From: a virus
Length of the DNA stretch: 64,000 nucleotides
Virus record (IMG/VR): IMGVR_UViG_3300026484_000053
Span: 32,001 to 96,000 of that record
Direction: 5' to 3' (one strand)
Positions 17,976-27,724 of this stretch are shown piece by piece. The position numbers and the translations under genes were made by a program. Position 1 is the first letter of the stretch. The number at the start of each line of letters is the position of its first letter. A model generated the notes under the pieces. It did no database searches. It worked only from the letters and a program-made list of their open reading frames with translations, and was not told the origin of the DNA.

Positions 17976-17984
17976 TGTTATAAT
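17976..17984 (+). promoter_or_regulatory. Early extended -10 promoter
   Basis: TGTTATAAT plus two phased TTTAAT. Confidence 0.7.
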
Positions 17985-18009
17985 ATACTAACAAAAATAA
18001 AGGTATATT

Positions 18010-18318
18010 ATGGCAAAATCATTAAAATCATTAAAAACTTACAACAAAGAATTAGACATAAACTTTGACCTTATCAAAGAATGTAACAAAGAAATTAGAA
18101 ATCTAAGATCTAAACTAAAAGCCGCGAATATCTCGTGCATCAATTCAAACGATCAAAACCAAAAATATAAAATAGAACTAAGCATTAACAATTATAATAC
18201 TAAGCTTAATTCTAATTTAGCTAAATTAGACACATTAGAAGATAATGTTATTACACTAGCTCTTCGTATAGAAAAGTTAGAAAATGCTGACTTTATGGAA
18301 GCCCAAGGAGAAATATAA
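18010..18318 (+). CDS. Hypothetical coiled-coil protein
   Basis: 102-aa ORF with AAAGG RBS. Confidence 0.65.
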   Translation: MAKSLKSLKTYNKELDINFDLIKECNKEIRNLRSKLKAANISCINSNDQNQKYKIELSINNYNTKLNSNLAKLDTLEDNVITLALRIEKLENADFMEAQGEI

Positions 18319-18735
18319 ATGAGAGAGATACAAATACATGGTAAAGCGCAAGACTTTGCCAATTCAAATAATGCTATTCAAGCAGCGCAAGAAAACGCCA
18401 GATACCTGCTTACGAGCAAATTAGAAGAGAATGAAGTTGTTATCGAACGTAGTGACGAAACCCATTCTGAAGGTGACGGAAAATATGGTACATGTAAAGC
18501 TAGCTTTCTTGTAGGCACTATGGATGAAAAAATAAAATATTATAAAATGGTAACAGAAATACAGTTGGAAGAAGCTAAAAGAATGGATTTTAAACAAAGT
18601 CTTAAATTAGACAATCCTACAGACGCTTTGTTCTTAAAGCTAACTGAAAAACATGGTATAGATAAAATGAAGAATTTGCTTAAAGATTACAGAGATACGT
18701 TTAAGCAAAACACGCTAATACAGAGGGAGTTATAA
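18319..18735 (+). CDS. Hypothetical protein
   Basis: 138-aa ORF, operon context. Confidence 0.65.
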   Translation: MREIQIHGKAQDFANSNNAIQAAQENARYLLTSKLEENEVVIERSDETHSEGDGKYGTCKASFLVGTMDEKIKYYKMVTEIQLEEAKRMDFKQSLKLDNPTDALFLKLTEKHGIDKMKNLLKDYRDTFKQNTLIQREL

Positions 18736-19241
18736 TGAACGAAAATATTATAAGAATAGCCAAACTTGTACTTATTATATACGTACTTACTATTGGTGCA
18801 GCAATATGCCATGCTGGAGTAAGCTCTGGACTATTAGCTAATGAGCTAATAAAGCAGCATGAAGGATTTGTCTCAAAACCTTATATAGACGTTAACCATT
18901 TCAGTGTTGGATATGGAACTAACTTAATGGATGGTATTAGCAGAGCAGAAGCACAGTTACTGCTTACGCACAGGTTGGCTATTAGAGAAGAACAGCTAAA
19001 AAGGTATTCTTGGTATAAAAAAGCTAATAACACAAGAAAAGCTGTACTGTTAGACATGGCATATAACCTTGGATTAGGAGGCATACTTGGATTTAAATCT
19101 ATGATATGGGCCCTTGATAGAGGATATTACCATGGCGCTGCAAATCAACTTAAAAGTTCAGTTTGGTGTAAGCAAGTTAAAACTAGATGTACTCACTTAT
19201 ACAAACTTATGTGGAATGGGCGTATTAGTTCAAAACTTTAA
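18735..19241 (+). CDS. Phage lysozyme (GH24-like muramidase) with N-terminal signal/SAR segment
   Basis: HEGFVSKPYIDVNHFSVGYGTNL catalytic segment, RKAVLLDMAYNLG, WCKQVKTR; hydrophobic N-terminus LVLIIYVLTIGAAICHA. Confidence 0.85.
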   Translation: MNENIIRIAKLVLIIYVLTIGAAICHAGVSSGLLANELIKQHEGFVSKPYIDVNHFSVGYGTNLMDGISRAEAQLLLTHRLAIREEQLKRYSWYKKANNTRKAVLLDMAYNLGLGGILGFKSMIWALDRGYYHGAANQLKSSVWCKQVKTRCTHLYKLMWNGRISSKL

Positions 19242-19260
19242 TATTCATTTAATCTCTTTA

Positions 19261-19269
19261 TGTTATAAT
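19261..19269 (+). promoter_or_regulatory. Early extended -10 promoter
   Basis: Near-identical to the promoter at 3181-3221. Confidence 0.7.
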
Positions 19270-19353
19270 TATATATGATAAACACTTAAACACTTAAACG
19301 CTTAAACGACTAAGTGCTATAAAATTTATTAAAATTAACATAAACGAGACAAA

Positions 19354-19605
19354 ATGACAAACACATCGAACACAACAAGAAACTTCCAAACAATAACAGA
19401 TAGAATTATAGATAAACTAGCTATTCCATTTATAACAATAGGATTCATTACATTGATTTTTACTGCACTTTATTTCACACAAGAACCTATAACAGTTCAA
19501 GTTATTGACGGAGTAGAATATGTGGTAGAAACTAGTCAAGGCGAAGTATTTAGAGAATTAACAGAAATGGATGCAAGAGAATGCAGAATAACATACGTAA
19601 AGTAA
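19354..19605 (+). CDS. Hypothetical single-pass membrane protein
   Basis: 83 aa, one hydrophobic helix. Confidence 0.65.
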   Translation: MTNTSNTTRNFQTITDRIIDKLAIPFITIGFITLIFTALYFTQEPITVQVIDGVEYVVETSQGEVFRELTEMDARECRITYVK

Positions 19606-19674
19606 ACAACATACGTAAAGTAAACCACATACGTAAAGTAAACCACATACGTAAAGTAAACCACATACGTAAAG
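19592..19674. repeat. Tandem array of CATACGTAAAGTAAA(C) x5 duplicating the gene end and stop codon
   Basis: Read directly; units of 16-18 bp. Confidence 0.95.
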
Positions 19675-19686
19675 TAAAGGATTAAG

Positions 19687-20280
19687 ATGAAGATAAAATA
19701 TAAAGGCGACAACTATTGTTTGTCGCAATGCGCAAAGACAAAAATAGAACAGTTTATTGTTAAGCCCAGTATTGTAGTTGGAACGGGATTGTTAATAGTC
19801 ATAGCATTAACACTATTTGGAATCATAATGGGAGAATTTGTATACGTTATAGAAGTGAATCCGTTAACTAATGGTGTCGTTTATTTTACAACCTTAGCGT
19901 TAGTATTAACTGGAATAAGCGCGTTATATGTATCTATTGCAGAAATTGGCATAGTTAACATGCTTAATGATACAGTTAGATTTATATCGCTATTTTTAAG
20001 AAAATTAATTATTATAACTCCTGTAGTGTTTATCTTTGTAACTATCTTAGGAATTATTACAGGTGAGTTCTTCACTATATTCCATTACAATCCGTTTTTA
20101 AATGGAACAGTAGCTATTATGGCAATTACGTTTTTTACAGCTATGATTTTCTTAGTAGGAATGTCATTTAAAATGCTATGGCAAATGGCAAAATACACTA
20201 ACAAGTATATAGATAAATGGATAGACACTAAATACGAACGCAAAAGAACTTGTACTTTGTTAGAAAAGTGCGACGCTTAA
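19687..20280 (+). CDS. Multi-pass membrane protein with an internal duplication
   Basis: Two similar halves (IIMGEF..VNPLTNG / IITGEF..YNPFLNG), about 4 TM segments. Confidence 0.75.
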   Translation: MKIKYKGDNYCLSQCAKTKIEQFIVKPSIVVGTGLLIVIALTLFGIIMGEFVYVIEVNPLTNGVVYFTTLALVLTGISALYVSIAEIGIVNMLNDTVRFISLFLRKLIIITPVVFIFVTILGIITGEFFTIFHYNPFLNGTVAIMAITFFTAMIFLVGMSFKMLWQMAKYTNKYIDKWIDTKYERKRTCTLLEKCDA

Positions 20281-20330
20281 TAACAAACATTCAAAACAAA
20301 ATAAACGAAATAAACGAAATAAAGGAAATT

Positions 20331-20474
20331 ATGATGAAAATATTAGTGCTATCTGACATACATGGTTGTTATAAAACAATGATGAAAATGTTAGAAGGAG
20401 TAGACTTAAAGGAAACAAGAGTAATTTGGCCAAGTCTAGACATTAAACAAGTTAAAAATCAAGAAAGGATTTAG
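20331..20474 (+). pseudogene. Truncated metallophosphoesterase (first motif only)
   Basis: AAGGA RBS, MMKILVLSDIHGCYKTM...; stops after 47 aa without the GD/GNH motifs. Confidence 0.6.
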
Positions 20475-20696
20475 ATGCACATGCTAGTAAACGGAATCCA
20501 AATACAATTAGGACAACCTATACAGTTTCCTATTAAAGTATTAGTATTAAACTACCAAAGAGGCACAGTTATACAAGCTGGCCAATTACCGCAGATAAAA
20601 GCATATATGAATAGCTTAGTAGACAAGATGAATGACGACGCATATGCTATTATTAACGGTGTAATTATACAGAAGAAAGACATTACAAAGTTTTAG
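20475..20696 (+). CDS. Hypothetical protein
   Basis: 73-aa ORF. Confidence 0.55.
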   Translation: MHMLVNGIQIQLGQPIQFPIKVLVLNYQRGTVIQAGQLPQIKAYMNSLVDKMNDDAYAIINGVIIQKKDITKF

Positions 20697-20807
20697 AAAT
20701 TCTAAGAACATATTAGTCGATTAATTAGCACTTTATTTCAAGTGCTAAAGTAAGTACGAACTAGATACAATACAATACAACCAAATTAAAGGAAACAAAG
20801 GAAAATT

Positions 20808-21455
20808 ATGATACTATTACCACAAATTATTGAAGATTCAGGAAGAGGAAAGAGAGCGTATGACTTACCAAGTAAGTTATTCGAAAGCAACATTATAGTT
20901 ATTGAAGGTGAAATTTCAGAAGAATCTATGCAAGCAGCTAAGATGCAACTATTGTATTTAGATAAAAAGCCACAATGTACAGAGATTGAAATTTACATTT
21001 CATCAGGTGGAGGATCAGTGTATGCTGGTAATGGTTTAATAGACCTTATACAGTTAATAGATACTCCAGTTAATACTACTTGTACTGGTATGATAGCATC
21101 TATGGGTACTCAAATATTTGCATCTGGTACTGGAACTAGAAGATTAATGCCTAGAAGTAGAGTTATGATTCACAGTGTAGGTTCAGGAGCAAGTGGTAAA
21201 TACCAAGACTTACTAATAGAAATGAAAGAAACTGAGTACTTACAAAAGCAGCTTATGCGTGATTTATCTTCGTTTACTAAAGGTAAGACTACTTATGCTA
21301 AAATGTGCAAGTTAACAGATAGAGATAATTGGCTTAATTCAGAAGAAGCTATTGAAATAGGTATTGCTGATGAAATTTTAGAAACGAGAGATCAAAGAAA
21401 AGAAAACGCAGCAATTAGAGCAAACGCAGCAAACGCAGCTAAGGGTGATAAATAA
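20808..21455 (+). CDS. clpP: ATP-dependent Clp protease proteolytic subunit
   Basis: IYISSGGGSVYAG, CTGMIASMG (catalytic Ser), MIH, DRDNWL..EEA...GIAD. Confidence 0.93.
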   Translation: MILLPQIIEDSGRGKRAYDLPSKLFESNIIVIEGEISEESMQAAKMQLLYLDKKPQCTEIEIYISSGGGSVYAGNGLIDLIQLIDTPVNTTCTGMIASMGTQIFASGTGTRRLMPRSRVMIHSVGSGASGKYQDLLIEMKETEYLQKQLMRDLSSFTKGKTTYAKMCKLTDRDNWLNSEEAIEIGIADEILETRDQRKENAAIRANAANAAKGDK

Positions 21456-21482
21456 ATCTCCCACTAAATATAAAGGATAAAG

Positions 21483-21851
21483 ATGTTCTATAAAAACATA
21501 CAAACTAACGAAGTATACGAAATGGTATACTCAGATAAAGATGTTACAATCGTAATTGACCAAGCACAATCATTAGAAGCTAAAGTTGCTAAAGGTAAGA
21601 TTATCAAGGAAGGTAAGAGAGTATTTAAAAAGTCTCATAAAAAGTTAAAAGATGATTCTAAGCTAATTCTAATAGATTCGTCAGACAAAGGTGTTAAAGA
21701 TCAAATTATTAAACAATATAAAGAAAATAAAGCACTTATTGCTAAAAACAAGTTAATCCAAGAAAACGAGCAAAAAGAAAGAGAAGAATATTTTAAGAAT
21801 TTATCACCGCAAGAACACGAAGAGATGCTAGCTGCTCTAGCAGATGATTAG
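21483..21851 (+). CDS. Hypothetical protein
   Basis: 122-aa ORF, AAAGGA RBS. Confidence 0.7.
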   Translation: MFYKNIQTNEVYEMVYSDKDVTIVIDQAQSLEAKVAKGKIIKEGKRVFKKSHKKLKDDSKLILIDSSDKGVKDQIIKQYKENKALIAKNKLIQENEQKEREEYFKNLSPQEHEEMLAALADD

Positions 21852-21859
21852 GATATAAC

Positions 21860-23044
21860 ATGAGTACAACGTGTAATACACCAGTAAGTCTTTACAACTC
21901 TAACAGAATAGATTTTTCTAGCGAGAAGTTGTTTTTTGGAAGTGGTAAGAATAGCCAGCGCTTCGATGTTCTAAAATATCCAGTGCTAGATAAGAGTAAT
22001 GATAAACAGCAAGGTTTTGATTGGAAACATGACGAAATACCTCTTATTAAAGATTCTAAAGATCATAAAACAAGAGCTGTTTCTGCGCAAAAATTTGTTG
22101 TTAAACGTACTTTTCAGAAACTAATATTTTTAGACTCAGTTCAAGGTAGAGGTCCAGTATCTATATTTGGTCAAATCGCTACGTTACCTGAATTAGAAAA
22201 CGTTATTCTTACGTGGACTTATTTTGAAGGTGCTAAGCATTCAAGAACGTATACAGAAATACTTAGAGCTCTTTATAGCGAACCAGACGTAGTTTTTGAC
22301 GAAGCGTTTGAAGTACAAGAATTGCAAGAAGTAGCTAATAAAATTAGTTCAGTATACGAAAAATCGTACCAGTCAGTAATAGAATACATTTATAAGACTC
22401 AAAGAGGAATCGAGTTCACTGATGAAGACTTGCATGAACTAAAGAAAGACATTCTTAGGTGTCTGTTTGAAATTAATGCTCTTGAAGGTGTTAGATTCTA
22501 TAGCTCTTTTGCTGCTATATGGGCAATGCATAAAAGTCAAGATTTATATCCTGGTTGTTCAGAAGATCTGCAATTTATTGCTAGAGATGAAAATGAGCAT
22601 CTTGCTCTTACTCAGAATCTACTTAAATTTCTTAGAAAGAACGAAGACGAAGAGTTTATAGAAGCTTATGAAGAAATTAAAGACGAACTAGAAGCTAGAT
22701 ATTATGAAATTTACTTTGAAGAAGTAGATTGGATTAAGTTCTTATTTAGTGAAGGTTCATATATTGGTATGAACGAAGACATTCTTACTAACTATCTTAA
22801 CTACATTACTATAAGAAGAATGAAATCATTAGGTATCAATCCGACTAAAGAGAGACTAGGAGGTAAATATATTACTAAGAACCCTTTACCTTGGATTGAA
22901 ACTTACATTAACATGGATAAAGAAGAGAAGTTACCGCAGGAAGAAAAGATACTAAACTACGTTACAGGTGGAGTAGAACAAGATGATGATATTTGTGATA
23001 GCACGAAAGACATGTTAAATAAAATGTACGGCAAAACGGCATAA
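21860..23044 (+). CDS. nrdB: Class Ia ribonucleotide reductase beta subunit
   Basis: LDSVQGR, FEGAKHSRTY, LEGVRFYSSF, IARDENEH diiron ligands. Confidence 0.95.
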   Translation: MSTTCNTPVSLYNSNRIDFSSEKLFFGSGKNSQRFDVLKYPVLDKSNDKQQGFDWKHDEIPLIKDSKDHKTRAVSAQKFVVKRTFQKLIFLDSVQGRGPVSIFGQIATLPELENVILTWTYFEGAKHSRTYTEILRALYSEPDVVFDEAFEVQELQEVANKISSVYEKSYQSVIEYIYKTQRGIEFTDEDLHELKKDILRCLFEINALEGVRFYSSFAAIWAMHKSQDLYPGCSEDLQFIARDENEHLALTQNLLKFLRKNEDEEFIEAYEEIKDELEARYYEIYFEEVDWIKFLFSEGSYIGMNEDILTNYLNYITIRRMKSLGINPTKERLGGKYITKNPLPWIETYINMDKEEKLPQEEKILNYVTGGVEQDDDICDSTKDMLNKMYGKTA

Positions 23045-23056
23045 GAGAGGATTAAA

Positions 23057-24697
23057 ATGGCAAAAACGGCAAAAACGGGAAATAACAAAGTTATGAAGAA
23101 AATAAGAAAAGACAATGGAACTACGCAGGATTACAATCCACAAAAATTCCATGAGAAAGTATTCTTTGCACTAGAAGGCTTAAACACTCTGAGTGCATCA
23201 GAAATAGAAATGCAGGCAGCACCTATGATTGTTGATGGTAGTACAAGTAAAGACATCCAAAAAGCACTTGTAGAGGCTACAGCTGATATGATTAGTGAGG
23301 ATTTACCTGAAGCTGAAATAGCAGCAGCGAGATTGTTAAATCAAAGCATTAGAAAAGAAGTATACGGTAAATACGAAGTGCCTACTTTACTTGAAACAGT
23401 TAAGAAAAATATATCTGAAAAAATATACGACGGTAAGTACCTGTTCGATCACTACACAGAAGCAGAAGTACAGAAATTCGGTGAGTACATAAAATACGAC
23501 AGAGACGATAAATTCGTTTATTCTGGACTTAAGAAAACTAAAGATAGTTACTTAGTTAAGAAATATGGTAAACTTCATGAAACTCCTCAAGAAATGTTTA
23601 TGATGATTAACATGTTCGCATTTGCTAAGTATGAAGGTAAAGAGAGAGAGAAATGGGTAAAAGAAGGTTATAATATCTTAAGTAACTTTGAAGCTAGCTT
23701 ACCTACTCCAATTATGATTCAACTTAGAACAATGTTTAGAAGATTCGTGTCATGTAACTTAATACCTTATGGTGATTCTAAAGAAACAATCGCTAACTCA
23801 GCTAAATCTATGCTTACGTTAGTAGCAGGCGGCGCAGGTTTAGGAATTGGTACTGGAGATATTAGAGGACTTGACGCAGATATTGATAATGGTAGAATCA
23901 AGCATACTGGTTTACAACCTATACTTAAAGCTGCTGAGAAGTCAAGTAAAGCATTTGTACAACCAGATAGAGATGGAAGCTGCACAGCGTACTATCCATT
24001 TTATCATGTAGAAATAGAACATATTATGGTTATGGGTAATAATAAAGGTACTGAAGATACTAGAGTTAGAGATATCGACCATGCTATTATTTTTAATGAC
24101 TTATTCTTTGAAAGATATGCTAAAGACGAAGACATTACGCTATTCTTTATGAATGACGTAAAAGATTTGCAAAGTTACAACGGTTACTCAAAAGAATTTA
24201 AAGAGAAATACGAACATTACGAAAGAACTGTACCTAAAAGAAAACAAAAGAAAGTATCAGCTAAAAAGATATTTAATAGATTCTTAGATGAGCAATTTTT
24301 ACAAAGTAGAGAATATTGTTTATTTGCTGACGAATTCCAGAGCCATAGTAGTTTTGATATTCCACTTAAAATCTCAAATCTTTGCGTAAAAGGAGACACG
24401 AGTATTAATATTAAATATAACGACACTTATAGCGTTATTCGAATAGATGAACTACAAAGCTATTTAAATAAATTTGATGTGCAAGTTTTAAGTAGAAATA
24501 TTGATACTGCAGTGAATGAGTATAAAATTATTGAAGACTTCGCTATGACAAACCCTTGCGCTGAATTACTAAAAATAACAGATGAAAATAGTGGTAATTA
24601 CATAGAATGTACGTTAGAACATAAAGTATGGACTGAAAACAGAGGATACGTTGAAGCCCAACATTTAGTTCATGATGATGTTTTAAATATACTATAG
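23057..24697 (+). CDS. nrdA: Ribonucleotide reductase alpha, N-terminal half (442 aa) fused to split-intein N part (104 aa)
   Basis: ATP-cone-like N-terminus, ETPQEMF, LPTPIM, SCNL, GAGLG; ends SNL|CVKGDT...CTLEHKVWTENRGYVEA. Confidence 0.93.
   Translation: MAKTAKTGNNKVMKKIRKDNGTTQDYNPQKFHEKVFFALEGLNTLSASEIEMQAAPMIVDGSTSKDIQKALVEATADMISEDLPEAEIAAARLLNQSIRKEVYGKYEVPTLLETVKKNISEKIYDGKYLFDHYTEAEVQKFGEYIKYDRDDKFVYSGLKKTKDSYLVKKYGKLHETPQEMFMMINMFAFAKYEGKEREKWVKEGYNILSNFEASLPTPIMIQLRTMFRRFVSCNLIPYGDSKETIANSAKSMLTLVAGGAGLGIGTGDIRGLDADIDNGRIKHTGLQPILKAAEKSSKAFVQPDRDGSCTAYYPFYHVEIEHIMVMGNNKGTEDTRVRDIDHAIIFNDLFFERYAKDEDITLFFMNDVKDLQSYNGYSKEFKEKYEHYERTVPKRKQKKVSAKKIFNRFLDEQFLQSREYCLFADEFQSHSSFDIPLKISNLCVKGDTSINIKYNDTYSVIRIDELQSYLNKFDVQVLSRNIDTAVNEYKIIEDFAMTNPCAELLKITDENSGNYIECTLEHKVWTENRGYVEAQHLVHDDVLNIL
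24383..24694 (+). mobile_element. Split intein N fragment (IntN)
   Basis: Starts with Cys1 right after SNL; block B-like IECTLEHKVWT; ends at a stop codon. Confidence 0.9.
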
Positions 24698-24917
24698 AGT
24701 TATGATTAGAGATATTTGCCTCTTTGCCTCTTTAAATTTGCTTATATTAAAGAGCTAAATGATGCATTATGTAAAATTTTATTCTACTTTATATTATATT
24801 GTAAAAGTACAGATATAAACTTAATATAATTTACAATAGATATTATAAAAACTATAAAACGTAAGAAAGAAATAAAAGAAGCTCGTGCAAATAAGCGTAT
24901 AAAAACAAAGGATAAAA

Positions 24918-25016
24918 ATGATAAAGATTGAAAGAATATTAAAAAGAGAGAAAGTGTACGACATTACTGTAGAAGATAACCATAATTTTTATGCTAATAA
25001 CATATTGATACATAAT
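24918..25016 (+). mobile_element. Split intein C fragment (IntC, 33 aa)
   Basis: MIKIERILKREKVYDITVEDNHNFYANNILIHN|C: block F VYDITV and terminal HN followed by Cys+1. Confidence 0.92.
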
Positions 25017-26177
25017 TGTACAGAAATATCGGTACCTATCTTTCCATTAAGAGGTATTTCTATCAGAAGAAATATTAAATTCGATACTGCTCAAGACAGA
25101 GAGCTATACTATGAACTTAGAACTAGTGCCTATTTTCACCAAATAGATGAAAAAGAGCTTAATAAGAAAGTTAAGCAAATGGCTACGTTAGTTAAATTCG
25201 TATCGCAAGATATAAATGCTGAAGTAAATGAAAGCGAAGATTATGATTATTTTGACATAACAGGATTAGTTAATTTAAGTGAAATTGGAGTTTGTATACT
25301 TGGTGGAATTAACGTCGGCCATTGTAAAAGCAACAAAAGATTAGAAATAGTATCAGAGTATCTTGTTAGATTACTTGAAGAGCTAATCGATTATATGGTA
25401 TGGGATTTACCAGAAGCAGAAAAAGCTGCTAAAATGAGAAGAACACTTGGTATTGGATTCAGCGATATTTTCCATGATTTAGCTGTTAACAAAAAATTCT
25501 ACAATACAAGAGAAGGTAGACAATTCATAAGTGATAAAATAGAGTTATGCTCATATGCTATGATTAGAACTTCAGTTGAATTAGCCAAGGAAAAAGGCAA
25601 GTGTCAACTATTCAGCGATACGAAGTACGCTAAAGGTATATTACCTGTAGATACGTATAATAAAAACGTTGATGAGTTAGTAGACGTGTCAAAATTAGAT
25701 TGGCAATGGCTTAGAGAACAAGTACTTAAACATGGTATGAGACACAGCACGCTAATGGCAAACGCACCGTTTGGAAGTTCTAGCATTGTATCTAACTCTA
25801 CACCAGGATTAGAACCACCAAGAGGTATTGAAACTACTAAGAAGAAAGTCACTAAGTTGGTGCCTGACATTAAGAGTAGCAGCAAATATTATACTACAGC
25901 TTGGGGAGATGATTTTAATAATAGCGATTATTTTATGTTCGTTGCAGTATTCCAAAAATGGATGGATCAGACTATAAGTACTAACAAATACGTTAACTTA
26001 CTTAAAGAAGAAAATGGTAAAGTTAAAAAATCTACTCTTATTAAAGAAATGCTTGTGGCTTTATATTTTGGTCTGAAAACAGTATATTACTCAAATATTA
26101 GATCTAACGATGCCAAGGATGGAGAAGATCTGGAAGAAGAGAAAGAATCATGCTCTGGTGGTGGTTGTGAAGTATAA
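24918..26177 (+). CDS. nrdA: Ribonucleotide reductase alpha, C-terminal half preceded by IntC
   Basis: CTEI completes the NLCxE active site; CILGGIN, RTLGIGF, MRHSTLMANAP, QTISTN, KTVYY, C-terminal CSGGGCEV. Confidence 0.93.
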   Translation: MIKIERILKREKVYDITVEDNHNFYANNILIHNCTEISVPIFPLRGISIRRNIKFDTAQDRELYYELRTSAYFHQIDEKELNKKVKQMATLVKFVSQDINAEVNESEDYDYFDITGLVNLSEIGVCILGGINVGHCKSNKRLEIVSEYLVRLLEELIDYMVWDLPEAEKAAKMRRTLGIGFSDIFHDLAVNKKFYNTREGRQFISDKIELCSYAMIRTSVELAKEKGKCQLFSDTKYAKGILPVDTYNKNVDELVDVSKLDWQWLREQVLKHGMRHSTLMANAPFGSSSIVSNSTPGLEPPRGIETTKKKVTKLVPDIKSSSKYYTTAWGDDFNNSDYFMFVAVFQKWMDQTISTNKYVNLLKEENGKVKKSTLIKEMLVALYFGLKTVYYSNIRSNDAKDGEDLEEEKESCSGGGCEV

Positions 26178-26359
26178 TGCTAGAAGATAAAATGAAAAAG
26201 TACGCAATTACTTTAAAAAGTAAAGACGGAGACATATTTGAATATGTTTGCCGTGCTACTAGCGATGGTAAAGCCACTACGTTAGCACTTAAGAAAGTAG
26301 AAGATAATGCATGGACTCATCATAAATATGAAATAGTTCAATTGCAAAGATTAAAATAA
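26177..26359 (+). CDS. Hypothetical protein
   Basis: 60-aa ORF coupled by TAATG. Confidence 0.55.
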   Translation: MLEDKMKKYAITLKSKDGDIFEYVCRATSDGKATTLALKKVEDNAWTHHKYEIVQLQRLK

Positions 26360-26368
26360 GGAGAAAAT

Positions 26369-27235
26369 ATGAAGATATTATGCTTAAGCGACTTACATAG
26401 AAAGTACAATACGATAGACTTTACTGACATAGACGTAGACATGATTATAATAGCAGGAGATTGGACTATAACTGAATCATTACAAGACGTTGAAAACATC
26501 AATTTTCTTGAATGGTTAGAGGATCTTGATATTAAACATAAACTCGTAATAGCAGGTAATCATGAATTACTAATAGAATCTGATCCTGAATTATGGCAAA
26601 GACAACTTAAGATAGCTCCTAGCGTGACGTACTTACATAATTCAGGAATTGAAATTGAAGGTATTAAGTTCTGGGGTACACCTGACACACCTTGCTTTTA
26701 TGATTGGGCATTTAACAGAACAGAGCAAGAACTAGAAGAAATTCTAGATGCAGTACCTGAAGATACTAATGTTATTATATCTCATGGACCACCTAAAGGT
26801 ATATTAGATGCAGTATTAGAAGGCAGCCATGTAGGTAGCGACTCTTTAAGAAAGAAATGCTTAGAGTTACCTAATCTTAAAGCTTGCATATTCGGTCATA
26901 TACACGAGTCTAAAGGTGAACAAATTGTACACGGAGTACGTTATATGAACGTGTCGTATGTAGATAGAGGATATAGAGCACTTGAGGAACTACATTATTT
27001 AGAATTAAATAATAACAAAGTCTTATTTGGAGAAATACCTAAAGAAGTACTTGCTTTAATTAAACATTGCGGCAGTACAGAAGACGTAATTAGATCGTTA
27101 ATTACAGAATACGAGATTAAAGACGGATTTATAGATAGTTGCACTTGTATTAAAGATGGCGAAGAATACTTAACCTGGCAAATGATGAATTATAAGCCAT
27201 TAAGCTCGGGTAAATTAATAGACGATAATTTCTAA
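26369..27235 (+). CDS. Calcineurin-like metallophosphoesterase
   Basis: SDLH, IAGD, AGNHE, SHGPP, FGHIHE. Confidence 0.9.
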   Translation: MKILCLSDLHRKYNTIDFTDIDVDMIIIAGDWTITESLQDVENINFLEWLEDLDIKHKLVIAGNHELLIESDPELWQRQLKIAPSVTYLHNSGIEIEGIKFWGTPDTPCFYDWAFNRTEQELEEILDAVPEDTNVIISHGPPKGILDAVLEGSHVGSDSLRKKCLELPNLKACIFGHIHESKGEQIVHGVRYMNVSYVDRGYRALEELHYLELNNNKVLFGEIPKEVLALIKHCGSTEDVIRSLITEYEIKDGFIDSCTCIKDGEEYLTWQMMNYKPLSSGKLIDDNF

Positions 27236-27300
27236 GAATTATCGTTGCCCTTTAAATGTTGCATTTAAAGTTGCATTTTAATATTACTTTAACATTAATG

Positions 27301-27309
27301 TGTTATAAT
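27301..27309 (+). promoter_or_regulatory. Early extended -10 promoter
   Basis: 27278-27331 identical to 28846-28899 (54 bp). Confidence 0.72.
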
Positions 27310-27343
27310 ATACTATCTAAAAATAAAGGTACAAAGGTATAAC

Positions 27344-27724
27344 ATGAAAAAGATTCCAAAAGCATACGATCCACAAGCAAGAAGAGAAAGACACTTAAAA
27401 AACAAAGAGCACAATAATGCAGTATCTAGACTGTACAGACAAAACAACCCCCATATGATTAAAAAACACGCTGACTTAACGCAAGAACAAAAAGAAAAAC
27501 TGTACTTACAAGTTAAGAAATTTAGGCAAGAACACAACGATGCTGCTATTGAAGTATCTAAACAAGATGGTAAGTATAGAGCTAGATGGTCTTTTAACGA
27601 AGAAGAATTACTAATAGAGCTTATTGCTAATAACAAACAAGAAGACTGTGCATTTATACTTGGTAGATCGATGAGAGCAGTTGAAAATAGACTAGCTATT
27701 CTTAGAAAGTCTAACAGATGCTAA
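27344..27724 (+). CDS. Basic protein with C-terminal Myb/HTH-like domain
   Basis: RWSFNEEELLIEL...AFILGRSMRAVENRL. Confidence 0.55.
   Translation: MKKIPKAYDPQARRERHLKNKEHNNAVSRLYRQNNPHMIKKHADLTQEQKEKLYLQVKKFRQEHNDAAIEVSKQDGKYRARWSFNEEELLIELIANNKQEDCAFILGRSMRAVENRLAILRKSNRC

Noticed and set aside
17847-19674. CRISPR-like arrays at 17847-17947 and 19592-19674
   Set aside because: Units are head-to-tail with no unique spacers and there are no cas genes; they are simple tandem repeats.
24698-24917. Homing endonuclease between the nrdA halves
   Set aside because: Only 220 bp, with no ORF carrying HNH, GIY-YIG or LAGLIDADG motifs; at most a decayed basic fragment.
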